Shown here: positions 29,294-37,947 of the stretch, piece by piece
Numbering within the stretch: position 1 is the first letter of the stretch
Layout of the letters: each line of letters begins with the position of its first letter
From: a virus
Lineage: Duplodnaviria > Caudoviricetes
Direction: 5' to 3' (one strand)
IMG/VR virus record: IMGVR_UViG_3300032327_000792
DNA length: 64,000 nt
Translations under genes and position numbers: made by a program
The notes under the pieces: generated by a model
The model's input: only the letters and a program-made list of their open reading frames with translations
Database searches by the model: none
Told to the model about the DNA's origin: nothing

Positions 29294-29644
29294 TTAGTCG
29301 TCAAACACTTCGTCATTGCTCAATTCTTGAACGACAGCCGCACTGGGAATGCCAGCTGCACGCTTCATACGTTCTAATTCGTCTTCTTCTTCGGCTGTGG
29401 GTAGTTTGGCCTCTGCTTCTTCTTCGGCTCGGGCGACTTGATCTTCGTCATAGATATTTTCAACACCCACTGCTTTTTTCAACAATTCAATTTTCTGTTG
29501 TAGTGGAGGAACAAACAAATCGTCTGGCTCTCGGGCCAACTCTTGTCCTTCAGCATTGTGTTGAACATTGTGCTTGGGCTCTTGAGCTGTTTGGCGGTTG
29601 TTAACAAAGTCTGCTAACTGTTGTAAAATATCATTGACTTTCAT
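29294..29644 (-). CDS. hypothetical protein, possibly internal head protein
   Basis: Coupled ORF in the structural block; VPPLQQKIELLKK motif; acidic. Confidence 0.6.
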   Translation of the reverse strand: MKVNDILQQLADFVNNRQTAQEPKHNVQHNAEGQELAREPDDLFVPPLQQKIELLKKAVGVENIYDEDQVARAEEEAEAKLPTAEEEDELERMKRAAGIPSAAVVQELSNDEVFDD

Positions 29645-30027
29645 CTTGGGTATCCTTTGAAACTATTTATGGGACTTTGAGTTAACACTGATTGGGGTTC
29701 TTCACTTTTTGAACTTGACACTAAATGCTTTCCGCCTGAAGTGTTGGTCATTGCCAATGCTTGATCAATCACCTGTTCAATACTACTGTTCATTCCAACC
29801 ACGACACCGTGTTCTCCAAATGCTGTTTCAGGTGTCCACTTGGGCATATCTTTGGTTAACCCGTCGGTACCAGCATCACTTCTTGCTCGAGCCAGGGCCA
29901 CTCCAAAACGATAGTTTTTGTAAGGATCAGCAGCACTTAGTCCTGGAAGTACATAGGTGTAACGCATTGGTTCGGCCAGCTCGGGAGGAAGATTGGCCTG
30001 TTCTGTAATAAATTCTCTAGCTCTCAC
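29641..30027 (-). CDS. putative internal head protein with a capsid-targeting-like N-terminus
   Basis: MRAREFITE resembles the T4 internal-protein CTS MKTYQEFIAE. Confidence 0.6.
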   Translation of the reverse strand: MRAREFITEQANLPPELAEPMRYTYVLPGLSAADPYKNYRFGVALARARSDAGTDGLTKDMPKWTPETAFGEHGVVVGMNSSIEQVIDQALAMTNTSGGKHLVSSSKSEEPQSVLTQSPINSFKGYPR

Positions 30028-30407
30028 CTTGGGTATCCTTTGAATCCTTTGACCGGGCTTTGGGTCTGTATTTTGCCAGGTACTTCCTGACTTTGATTAT
30101 CTGGATTTGGGTGCAATACATCATCCCACCTAATACCCAAGTGCTTGTATGCTTTTTTCAACATCTTGAGCTCATGTTCTGTGTACGGAAATGCCAATGT
30201 ATTTTTTCCAGCCCAAGATTCATAGTCTAAGTCCACTTCATTGTCACCATCTGAACTGGCCACATACATCATAATTCTATTTAAATCATACAATCTATCT
30301 GCAGTACCGCCCACTCTATGAGCTCCTGGCATAGCATGATGCGCACTTAGGCGAGGAGTAAACCCATTATGTACTGTATCTTCCGTAATAAATTCCGCAG
30401 CTCTCAT
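30024..30407 (-). CDS. putative internal head protein, paralogue of 29641-30027
   Basis: MRAAEFITE; shared C-terminus QSP(I/V)xxFKGYPR. Confidence 0.6.
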   Translation of the reverse strand: MRAAEFITEDTVHNGFTPRLSAHHAMPGAHRVGGTADRLYDLNRIMMYVASSDGDNEVDLDYESWAGKNTLAFPYTEHELKMLKKAYKHLGIRWDDVLHPNPDNQSQEVPGKIQTQSPVKGFKGYPR

Positions 30408-30410
30408 CGG

Positions 30411-30707
30411 TTAGTAACTGCCTTGACCAATAACTCCGGCCTGTGCTGAACTGGCTGTGCCTAGTTCTTGTGCTGTGAAGTTTGCTCCGGTTACTGTCAA
30501 ACGATTGCCAACGCCAACATAAATTTCTTGTGTGCTTGACGCAGGAACGCTAACAGCATTTGAGTAGATATTGCCCACAGCTGCTACAGTGCCCAATGCA
30601 GTAGCATATACATTAAACGTAACTGCGGTGTTGCCAGTGCTGATACTGGCTTTGTCTGTGTACCATTGAGCATTTGCTACTGATGTATATACGTTGGCTT
30701 GTGGCAT
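30411..30707 (-). CDS. small hypothetical structural protein
   Basis: TAAATA motif and AGGA RBS upstream; A/N/T/V-rich. Confidence 0.6.
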   Translation of the reverse strand: MPQANVYTSVANAQWYTDKASISTGNTAVTFNVYATALGTVAAVGNIYSNAVSVPASSTQEIYVGVGNRLTVTGANFTAQELGTASSAQAGVIGQGSY

Positions 30708-30740
30708 AAATTTATTCCTTTGTTCTCTAATGTTGTTTAT

Positions 30741-31373
30741 TTAGTTGTGTTGGTACGCAAACTTAAAACCTTTGGTACTCTTTTGGCGGCCAGCTAAACA
30801 GTTAGCAATATCTCCCTGCCGTAATCCTAAAATTTTTGATGCTGTTATTTGATCAGTGTAAACTGTGTTAGTAGTCTTTTCAATAATAGTTTTGCGATTT
30901 AGTGCTGGCTTACCCCACATAGGATGTTTTTCTTTTTTTAAACTTTCGCTTATTGCTTTTTTGTGTTCAATAGAATAACTACCACGTTTAGTTCCAAGTA
31001 AACCATTAGATATATTCTCTCTATGTTCTTTAGAAAGTTGTTTACCTTTGTTCCAACCTGGTCTTCCTTTACATGATGGCGGTTTTGCTTCTATTTTAAG
31101 ATTTGTAAGTTTATCAAAATGATCTCTAATGTAGTTTTCTTCAAGACGGTAGGCTTCATTCTCATCTACAATATTTTCATGTAGAAGCATCACACCAGGT
31201 TGTAATCCTTCTGCTTGTATTTTTTTAATTTTATTTTCTGTTGGATTATTTTTACCGTTACCTGACCAATGGCCAAGATGACTTTTCCACCGATCGCCGG
31301 TGCCTTTGCCACAGTAAAAAACTTCGTGATTATTTCGAGGATCGGTTAAGAGATAGACATAGTATGTTTTCAT
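30741..31373 (-). mobile_element. free-standing GIY-YIG homing endonuclease with NUMOD3-like and C-terminal HTH-like motifs
   Basis: YYVYLL.DPR...FYCGKG..DRW..H; HRENISNGL and HKKAISESL repeats; IANCLAGRQK; AT-richer than its flanks. Confidence 0.85.
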
Positions 31374-31409
31374 ACTATTATTTAGTCTATTCCAATAACT
31401 TGCTTTAGT

Positions 31410-32117
31410 TTACCAAGCTCTGCAAGACCAATATCTGGCACCTGTACGAGGACCTGGATTGGCACAGTTGTGTCTTGCTCTAAAACTTTTACGTCGTGCA
31501 GGGTTAGACTTTTTGATCTTCATGGTCTTTTGACCAAGTCGTTTGGCTGTTTTGCCACCGTGTCCAAAGTTTACTTTTTTGACATTGCCAGTCTTTGGAT
31601 CTCGAACATAGACCTTGAATTTTTTTTGGTCCCCTCTAGTGGGTTTGTTGAGTGTGACACTACGACCTTGATATTCAGCTTCCATGGTGTCCACTGGAGC
31701 TTCGTCGGCAGCTTTGGCCATGACTTCGCCGGCACCTTGATCTTCATCTAACTCTGCATTGATGTTGTCCCAAAACTCACCGTTCTCTTCACCGTACTTG
31801 TCCACAAATTCATCACGACTCATCTGTTCCGCGTCTTTGTGCATCATGTGTTTTACAGCACCTTCGGTTATTGAATCATCCTCTAGTTCTGCTTCGCACT
31901 GGATACCTTCAGACAGGATGTGTTCAAAGCCCATCCACTGTTCCATCACAGCCCAGGTTTCTTCTGTGGCATCCACCAAAATTTCATCAGCTGACGCTTC
32001 AAGAATATAAGTTTCAACCGCAGTACCATCATCAAACTCAAACACAAAGTCATCACCCTTGACAGGATTGAGTGCGCGATATTCTGACTCTGCTAGATAG
32101 TCTCGTAGACTTTTCAT
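31410..32117 (-). CDS. putative internal head protein: acidic N-half and basic C-terminal SFRARHNC...YWSC domain
   Basis: MKSLRDYLAE CTS-like start; several hydrophobic-x-E sites. Confidence 0.6.
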   Translation of the reverse strand: MKSLRDYLAESEYRALNPVKGDDFVFEFDDGTAVETYILEASADEILVDATEETWAVMEQWMGFEHILSEGIQCEAELEDDSITEGAVKHMMHKDAEQMSRDEFVDKYGEENGEFWDNINAELDEDQGAGEVMAKAADEAPVDTMEAEYQGRSVTLNKPTRGDQKKFKVYVRDPKTGNVKKVNFGHGGKTAKRLGQKTMKIKKSNPARRKSFRARHNCANPGPRTGARYWSCRAW

Positions 32118-32118
32118 A

Positions 32119-34089
32119 TTAACGGGCCTTGAACTGCTTTAGTTCTGCATACAGGTTCATGCCCAACTTGTCAGCAACAGCTTGTTCGCTGACTTGACGA
32201 TCAGTTTGACTGGCAATCACTGGGATAGTTGTTTGACCTGTTGACTTAGGCTTGTTCAATCCACCTGCCCAACGGCGTAACAGCGCATCATCCTCACCTG
32301 TGGTTTCTGCATCTGTAGGATAGTCAGGTGCATTTTCAGTTGGATCTGTGTTGCCATAGGCTTCTTCAACTTTGTCGCAACCGCATGGTGTTTGACCACA
32401 GCCGCAACTGCTGGATTTCATACCAGCCAAATTCAACAACTGTGCCAATGTTTCAGCTTCAGCACCTTCGGCACTGACGGTGATATTTTTAGTTGGTTCT
32501 CCATCTGAACCCATGCTCATGTTCACTGACACATTCATGCCTTCGGCAATCATGTTTTCAACACGGCTGTTGATGCTTTCGTAAACACCTTTGCCAAATT
32601 CAATACCGCCAGTTTTTTTGGCTTTGGGTTCTGCATCAGCTTCTTTGACTTTCTTTGGCAAATCTTTTTCTTTGGTTGTGGCAAATTTCTTTAATTCACC
32701 AGCAGGCATCTTGGCCATTTCTTTTGATGCACCACGCAATTCTGATTTAGGAATTTCTCCTTTGGCAGCAGCATAGGCAATGCCAGCGGCTTTGCGTTGT
32801 GCCTGGCTCACGGCTTTTTCTGCAATGGGTTGCTCTTCGTCACGTTCAGCATCAACACTGGTCATGTAATCACTTACACCATCAATGTAGTTTTGTGCCA
32901 ACGTAATTTTCTTTTGTACCCACTCTGGCAGATTGTCGTCATCACCCAACATACCGTGCAATTGTTTGGCCGCACGCATAATAGTGTGAATCTGTTGTTT
33001 GGCCATTTCGCCTTCACGATCATATTCGCCTTTGTCTACCAAAGGAATTGTGTCGTCTTCGGAAATAGTCACTGCATTACCGCCTTGAACTTGACTGAGA
33101 ATTTTGTGTATTGCACGCAATTTAGTCATTAGTTCTTTGGGCTCAACTTGACCGTTTTGTTGCATACGGTTGATCAAGTCTGCTGCATAACCAGTGGCTC
33201 GAACTACCAAGTTCATAGTGCTATCTTCTGCAATTGACCCTTTGCTGGCCAACTTGCTTGTGCCGCGGCTTTTGGCACCAAGCTTCTTGCCTTTGCCTGC
33301 GCCCACAGTCTTGCGACCTTTTTTCTTTGGTGTATCACTGTCTTCGTCCTCGTCGGGCTCTTCCTCGTAGCGACGAGTGTACACTGTACCTGTGGAAATT
33401 TGTTTCTTGTCAAATTTGCCAGTGCCTTTTTCAGGTTCAAACATTTTACGTGCCACTTCTGGATCAAATACATTTTTTGGTTTGTCTTTTTTGGCTTTGG
33501 CTTCTTTGACAGGATATGTTTTGCCATCTACTTCAAATTCCTTGGCACCTTGAGCACGTGCCTTGACCAACTCGCCTGAAAACTCATTGCCTTCTTCCAT
33601 CTCGGCTTCATCCATCTTGTTGTGCTTGGCACGAATGCTGGCCATCTTTTGTTTGCTGGCTCCATCACGGCCAGCCTGTTGCAAGGCCTTCATACCTTGC
33701 TCACCGTATTTTTTCTTGCCCAAATATGCTTGCAATGCACTTTCGTCCATTTCAGCTTCACTGACATCTTCTTTGGCACGTAGTTTTTTCAACACAGCAC
33801 CAGCCACACGCTCACCAGCTTCTTTTGAACCATAACGTCCAGCTGCATCTTTGGCAATAGTACCAAATGCTTTGCCTGGCTTACCAATGTCTTTGCCGGC
33901 ACGAGCAGACGTAGCACTGTAACTGGCTTCGTCAAGATCTTTTTCTTTGGCAGCTTTTTTCATTGGCTCTTTACGGTCGCCGTCTTTGTCAATGTCCAAG
34001 AAGTCTGGCTTGGCCTGTTTGCCTTCTGCTAAATTTTGTTTAGTGGCCAATTCAGCCATGCGTTTGTTTAGGTCGTAAAAAAATGTCAT
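32119..34089 (-). CDS. large charged multi-module virion protein with a DUF3008-like segment
   Basis: AVSQAQRKAAGIA...KSELRGASKEM...ELKKFATTK..DLP; DIDKDGD motif; many hydrophobic-x-E sites. Confidence 0.6.
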   Translation of the reverse strand: MTFFYDLNKRMAELATKQNLAEGKQAKPDFLDIDKDGDRKEPMKKAAKEKDLDEASYSATSARAGKDIGKPGKAFGTIAKDAAGRYGSKEAGERVAGAVLKKLRAKEDVSEAEMDESALQAYLGKKKYGEQGMKALQQAGRDGASKQKMASIRAKHNKMDEAEMEEGNEFSGELVKARAQGAKEFEVDGKTYPVKEAKAKKDKPKNVFDPEVARKMFEPEKGTGKFDKKQISTGTVYTRRYEEEPDEDEDSDTPKKKGRKTVGAGKGKKLGAKSRGTSKLASKGSIAEDSTMNLVVRATGYAADLINRMQQNGQVEPKELMTKLRAIHKILSQVQGGNAVTISEDDTIPLVDKGEYDREGEMAKQQIHTIMRAAKQLHGMLGDDDNLPEWVQKKITLAQNYIDGVSDYMTSVDAERDEEQPIAEKAVSQAQRKAAGIAYAAAKGEIPKSELRGASKEMAKMPAGELKKFATTKEKDLPKKVKEADAEPKAKKTGGIEFGKGVYESINSRVENMIAEGMNVSVNMSMGSDGEPTKNITVSAEGAEAETLAQLLNLAGMKSSSCGCGQTPCGCDKVEEAYGNTDPTENAPDYPTDAETTGEDDALLRRWAGGLNKPKSTGQTTIPVIASQTDRQVSEQAVADKLGMNLYAELKQFKAR

Positions 34090-34094
34090 ATCAA

Positions 34095-34703
34095 TTATCC
34101 TCTTGGGTTTCTACCAGTTAGTGGCCGTGCTGGGCGCTTGATTGTGCTCATTGGGCTTGTGTCGCCCATGGGTAAATCGTTTGTTGTTGTTGCAGGTGGA
34201 GTCTTGCCTCCAGCAATTTCAAAGTTGCTACGATAAGCATTTTTCAACACAGCATGATCATAAGGACCAGTTGAGTAATCTTTGCTTAGAGCTTTTTGTT
34301 CTTTGTTGGGAGCAGGATAGTCTGTGTCTGTCAACAAATCTTTGTTTTGTTCTTCAACATCTACACGCTCTTGATTCATGGAATCTTCGTATGGAACTGT
34401 CAACATACGAATACGATTAGGATCTAGTCCCAACAACTGAGCAATTTGTTGTATCTGTGGCTCAATCGCAGGATAGCGGAATTCACAATCCATATGGCTC
34501 ACACGCTCGTTGTTGTAGGCTGGAAATTCTGCTGGGTTAAGTTGTACTGGAGTTGTCTTTACATCAGAGATCTTGGCAGGATCAAACTGCTTGAGTTTCT
34601 CTTCCAGTGCTTTGACAAAGCCCGATGGTACGTCCCCTACAATTTTGATGCGATAATTGTAGACTCTTTGTGATTCTGCAAGGTATTCGTTAAATTTTTT
34701 CAT
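34095..34703 (-). CDS. hypothetical virion protein with a CTS-like N-terminus
   Basis: MKKFNEYLAE; ATAAATA and AGGA upstream. Confidence 0.6.
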   Translation of the reverse strand: MKKFNEYLAESQRVYNYRIKIVGDVPSGFVKALEEKLKQFDPAKISDVKTTPVQLNPAEFPAYNNERVSHMDCEFRYPAIEPQIQQIAQLLGLDPNRIRMLTVPYEDSMNQERVDVEEQNKDLLTDTDYPAPNKEQKALSKDYSTGPYDHAVLKNAYRSNFEIAGGKTPPATTTNDLPMGDTSPMSTIKRPARPLTGRNPRG

Positions 34704-34726
34704 GTCAGTTTCCTATACGATATTTA

Positions 34727-35233
34727 TCAGTCTTTTGACTTTTGATCTCTGTTGCCAATCAAGCGTTCCAGTAGATCATTGCGACTCAGTACTTGTCCTT
34801 CTGCGGTTTCCATTGGGACATTGCCATCTGCATTGGCATTTTTTTCGCGGTCTTGATCTAGTTTTAGTTTCTTCATTTGTAGATCAACCATTTTTAGTTT
34901 TTTGTTTAGTTTGGCAGTTTTGGCTGTGAGTGCGTGTCCCAACATAGCACCAGCCACAGCAAAGATTTCGCTGGCATAACGGCTATCAACCTGCATTCCA
35001 AGATCCATCAAATCATCAAATGTTTCCGTGGCTTTTTTGGCAAGTTCATCCATTTCTTCGTCACTGCTGTCCAGGCCCTGCACACTGGGCAAAGCCGCAT
35101 CAATTTTGTCAATGGTATCGTCAATTTCTGCTAGAGCAGTTTTTGTCACAGGAACGACCACAGTATCCGCTGGAGTTTCAGAATCAAATCCGCTGGGGGG
35201 TAAATCAAACAACGATTCTAATTTTCTTGTCAT
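34727..35233 (-). CDS. probable terminase small subunit (gp16-like)
   Basis: About 170 aa, helical; DSRYASEIF...ML resembles T4 gp16 SPRHVEVF; adjacent to gp4. Confidence 0.5.
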   Translation of the reverse strand: MTRKLESLFDLPPSGFDSETPADTVVVPVTKTALAEIDDTIDKIDAALPSVQGLDSSDEEMDELAKKATETFDDLMDLGMQVDSRYASEIFAVAGAMLGHALTAKTAKLNKKLKMVDLQMKKLKLDQDREKNANADGNVPMETAEGQVLSRNDLLERLIGNRDQKSKD

Positions 35234-35266
35234 ACCATATTTATTGTGGTATAATATGGGTTATGC

Positions 35267-35698
35267 TTATTTGTTGCCGTTTTTGAACATGTCATCTTCG
35301 GTGATGACTCGGAATATCAACCCCTGCTTTTTACACCACTTGGTTGCAGAATCCCATTTGGCATAATTCACGGCCACAACAGCACGCTCATTGGCTTTCA
35401 TTTTTGATTCAACTATGCTTTGTTTTTTGGGTTTGATCTCAATTACTTCTGCTATCATTTGATTGTTGCGATTTTTGTAGGTAATCAAGAAGTCCGGAAC
35501 ATAGATACTTTGTTTGCCTGTAATGGGGTTACGATAAGGAATTGAAATTGACTCACTGGCCCACTGTAGTATGTTGTCGTTGTTGTCAAGAAATCTCATA
35601 AATGCATGTTCCCAACCAGATCTATAACGAGGTGCGCCTTTGCCCACATACTTTTGTTTGTTTTTGACTACGTAGGCGCCTTGTGCAAACTTGCTCAT
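35267..35698 (-). CDS. gp4: head completion nuclease (TnsA-like)
   Basis: KYVG....YRSGWE..FM...D...I..WASE...IPY.......YVPDF...EIKP...N.AKW. Confidence 0.9.
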   Translation of the reverse strand: MSKFAQGAYVVKNKQKYVGKGAPRYRSGWEHAFMRFLDNNDNILQWASESISIPYRNPITGKQSIYVPDFLITYKNRNNQMIAEVIEIKPKKQSIVESKMKANERAVVAVNYAKWDSATKWCKKQGLIFRVITEDDMFKNGNK

Positions 35699-36054
35699 TG
35701 TCTTACATTTCTAGCTGTGTAGTAGTTTGGCGTTGTGGGTTGTAATACTCCCAACAAGGTAGCTGGGCTACGAAGACTGTTCAAGTAATAGGCCATGGAA
35801 ATGGTCAATTGCACTGAGTTTTGACCTTCCATGCTTTGAAGCAGAGTGAGCACCGGTGTGTTGCTTTCTTCAGCCACTCTAAACAGCGACGTGGTAAAAT
35901 TCTCAGCAGCCAAGGTTGTGGTAAACACACTACGAAAATAGCTCAACACAATGTCGTATTCCATGGCAGGTACATTGGCACTGTAGTCGTAGAATCGATC
36001 AAATATTTCAACAGTTTGATCAATTTTTGGGTTGACTTCGTTTATGGTACTCAT
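35695..36054 (-). CDS. hypothetical structural-region protein
   Basis: Coupled ORF between the tube-like gene and gp4. Confidence 0.6.
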   Translation of the reverse strand: MSTINEVNPKIDQTVEIFDRFYDYSANVPAMEYDIVLSYFRSVFTTTLAAENFTTSLFRVAEESNTPVLTLLQSMEGQNSVQLTISMAYYLNSLRSPATLLGVLQPTTPNYYTARNVRQ

Positions 36055-36057
36055 GGT

Positions 36058-37230
36058 TTAACCTCGAGGGGGAGTTGGGAAAAATATACCATCCAGCAAG
36101 CCGCGTTGAGCCGGACTTCTGCTGGTTGCTGTTGTGCCAATAGCAGCTCTAGTTGCTCCGGGCAGACTTGTTTTGAGAATTGTTCTTGCACTGTCTTTGA
36201 CTTCTTGGTTAACTATGCTACGAATGTTTTTGTCTTTGAATGTTCCGTATGCTGTGCCAGCTTTTTGCAACGCTCCCACAATGCCAGCAACACCACCACT
36301 CTGTAAATCTGTAACGATGCCCACTCCGGCATCAATCAATCCACCGCGACCTAACACTGTGGCATTGCTACCCAGACGACTAATTGAACTACGCACAGTA
36401 TCATAATAGGCAGGATCTGCAAAGCCCACAACGTTGGTATCAGGTCTGACGCCGCCCACAGCACCACTCATGTATTTCACAGTTTCATAACGCATAGTCA
36501 TGCGATGAGTCATCATGCCGTTGCCCTGACTGTAATCATAGGTGTCGTGTTGCCACTCAGTAATCATTGGGTTGATCAAAACATATTCGGCAAAAGTTCG
36601 CTGGTTTAGTCCGTAAATTCTGATATCTCTAAAGAACGGTGGTTTTCCAGCATTGCTCAATGAGCCACCAGGAGGAAAGCTGTAGCCATCTGCATAACTT
36701 TCGCCAATATAGCCCCAGTCGTTGACTGTACGGCTGTTGTCGTAGATGTCTCTGGAGTTGTAGTTGAATCCAGCTGGTGTGCCAAACAACTGTGCCATGA
36801 CACCATTGGTATTGGTCACGTTGTCGTATTTTTGACTTGGATCTTTGTAATAGTATGAGAAATAGTTGTACCACATGGTACGAACTACGTCACCGCCGTC
36901 ATCATGAAACTCAACTGTGACAGGATTGTAATCAATCTTGCTCTGCACTAAACGCTTGCGATTGTATTGATTTAAGGTGTCTACTTGAATTGTGTAGTTT
37001 GGAAGCTGTACTGTTTTGACCAGCAATCCAATTGTGGCAGATTCTTGACCACCATATATGGCTCGCAACTCTGGAACTGCTGTGTTGATTGTGAAGTAAA
37101 CATGAAATAAGAACTTGGTACGAGGGGCAAGTTCGTATCCATTGGTTAAAAAGGTTTTACTGGCGTGGGCGTAATCTTTTAATCCGTCTGCGCCAATAAA
37201 TCCTTTTAAAAAGTCTTGCCCAAAGCTCAT
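36058..37230 (-). CDS. tail-tube-fold protein (gp54/gp48-like tube initiator or cap)
   Basis: VKTVQLP...YNRKR..QSKIDY.PV.V.FHDD; sits next to gp19. Confidence 0.65.
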   Translation of the reverse strand: MSFGQDFLKGFIGADGLKDYAHASKTFLTNGYELAPRTKFLFHVYFTINTAVPELRAIYGGQESATIGLLVKTVQLPNYTIQVDTLNQYNRKRLVQSKIDYNPVTVEFHDDGGDVVRTMWYNYFSYYYKDPSQKYDNVTNTNGVMAQLFGTPAGFNYNSRDIYDNSRTVNDWGYIGESYADGYSFPPGGSLSNAGKPPFFRDIRIYGLNQRTFAEYVLINPMITEWQHDTYDYSQGNGMMTHRMTMRYETVKYMSGAVGGVRPDTNVVGFADPAYYDTVRSSISRLGSNATVLGRGGLIDAGVGIVTDLQSGGVAGIVGALQKAGTAYGTFKDKNIRSIVNQEVKDSARTILKTSLPGATRAAIGTTATSRSPAQRGLLDGIFFPTPPRG

Positions 37231-37236
37231 CGGCTA

Positions 37237-37854
37237 TTAGCCTGTGGCAACATCGCCAATGGTACGACCAACCAGTGTACCAACACCTTGACCTTGCGGA
37301 GTCTGTACAGCGTTGTCAAATGCAATGGTCATTGACACTGTTGCAGCTTCACTTGATGCATAATTCATGTCGTTGTAGTTGACTGCTTTAACATAGCAAC
37401 CGTAGATTTCCCAAGTTTCCAACGCCACTGGTTCAAATGTGCCATTGCCACCATCCAACACTTCAAATCGTGTCAAGAACTTATAGTCAATACCTGAGGC
37501 AGCCGATGCTTGCTCCATAAAGTCCAATTGCTTTTGCAACTGCTCACCAACCAAACGGCTGACTTGGCCGCCTGCGTCATCGCGTAAATTACATGTTAAA
37601 TCGTCCCATGAGTGTTTACCGGCTAATTTAATCTTTGAGTTATAAATGTCCAACACCATTTCTTCAAAACTTACTGAAGGACGTGTGAAATCCATAACCT
37701 GTTTGGTTAATTCTGTTCTTGGTGTTGATACACCAAAGTTTTCAAATATCACTCTAAAGCGATATTTTAGTTTAGGCATCAACAGACCTTGGGTTGGATT
37801 ACTCTGATCACTTGCCAAAGGCACTGTCATTCTAGTTAGTGATGAAACGGCCAT
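37237..37854 (-). CDS. gp19: tail tube protein
   Basis: PKLKYRFRV, LAGKHSW, ETWEIYGC, Y...EA..VSMTIAFDN; downstream of the sheath gene. Confidence 0.9.
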   Translation of the reverse strand: MAVSSLTRMTVPLASDQSNPTQGLLMPKLKYRFRVIFENFGVSTPRTELTKQVMDFTRPSVSFEEMVLDIYNSKIKLAGKHSWDDLTCNLRDDAGGQVSRLVGEQLQKQLDFMEQASAASGIDYKFLTRFEVLDGGNGTFEPVALETWEIYGCYVKAVNYNDMNYASSEAATVSMTIAFDNAVQTPQGQGVGTLVGRTIGDVATG

Positions 37855-37897
37855 TTTGTTCTCCTGTTATACATTTATTTATGGCCTTTGTGGCCGG

Positions 37898-37927
37898 AAA
37901 AAAATAGGGCTCAAAATAGGCCCTATC
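37898..37927 (-). terminator. Rho-independent terminator after the sheath gene
   Basis: ATAGGGC/GCCCTAT stem plus T run; a new ATAAATA promoter follows before gp19. Confidence 0.7.
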
Positions 37928-37947
37928 TTCTTTACTGTCATCGTTGA

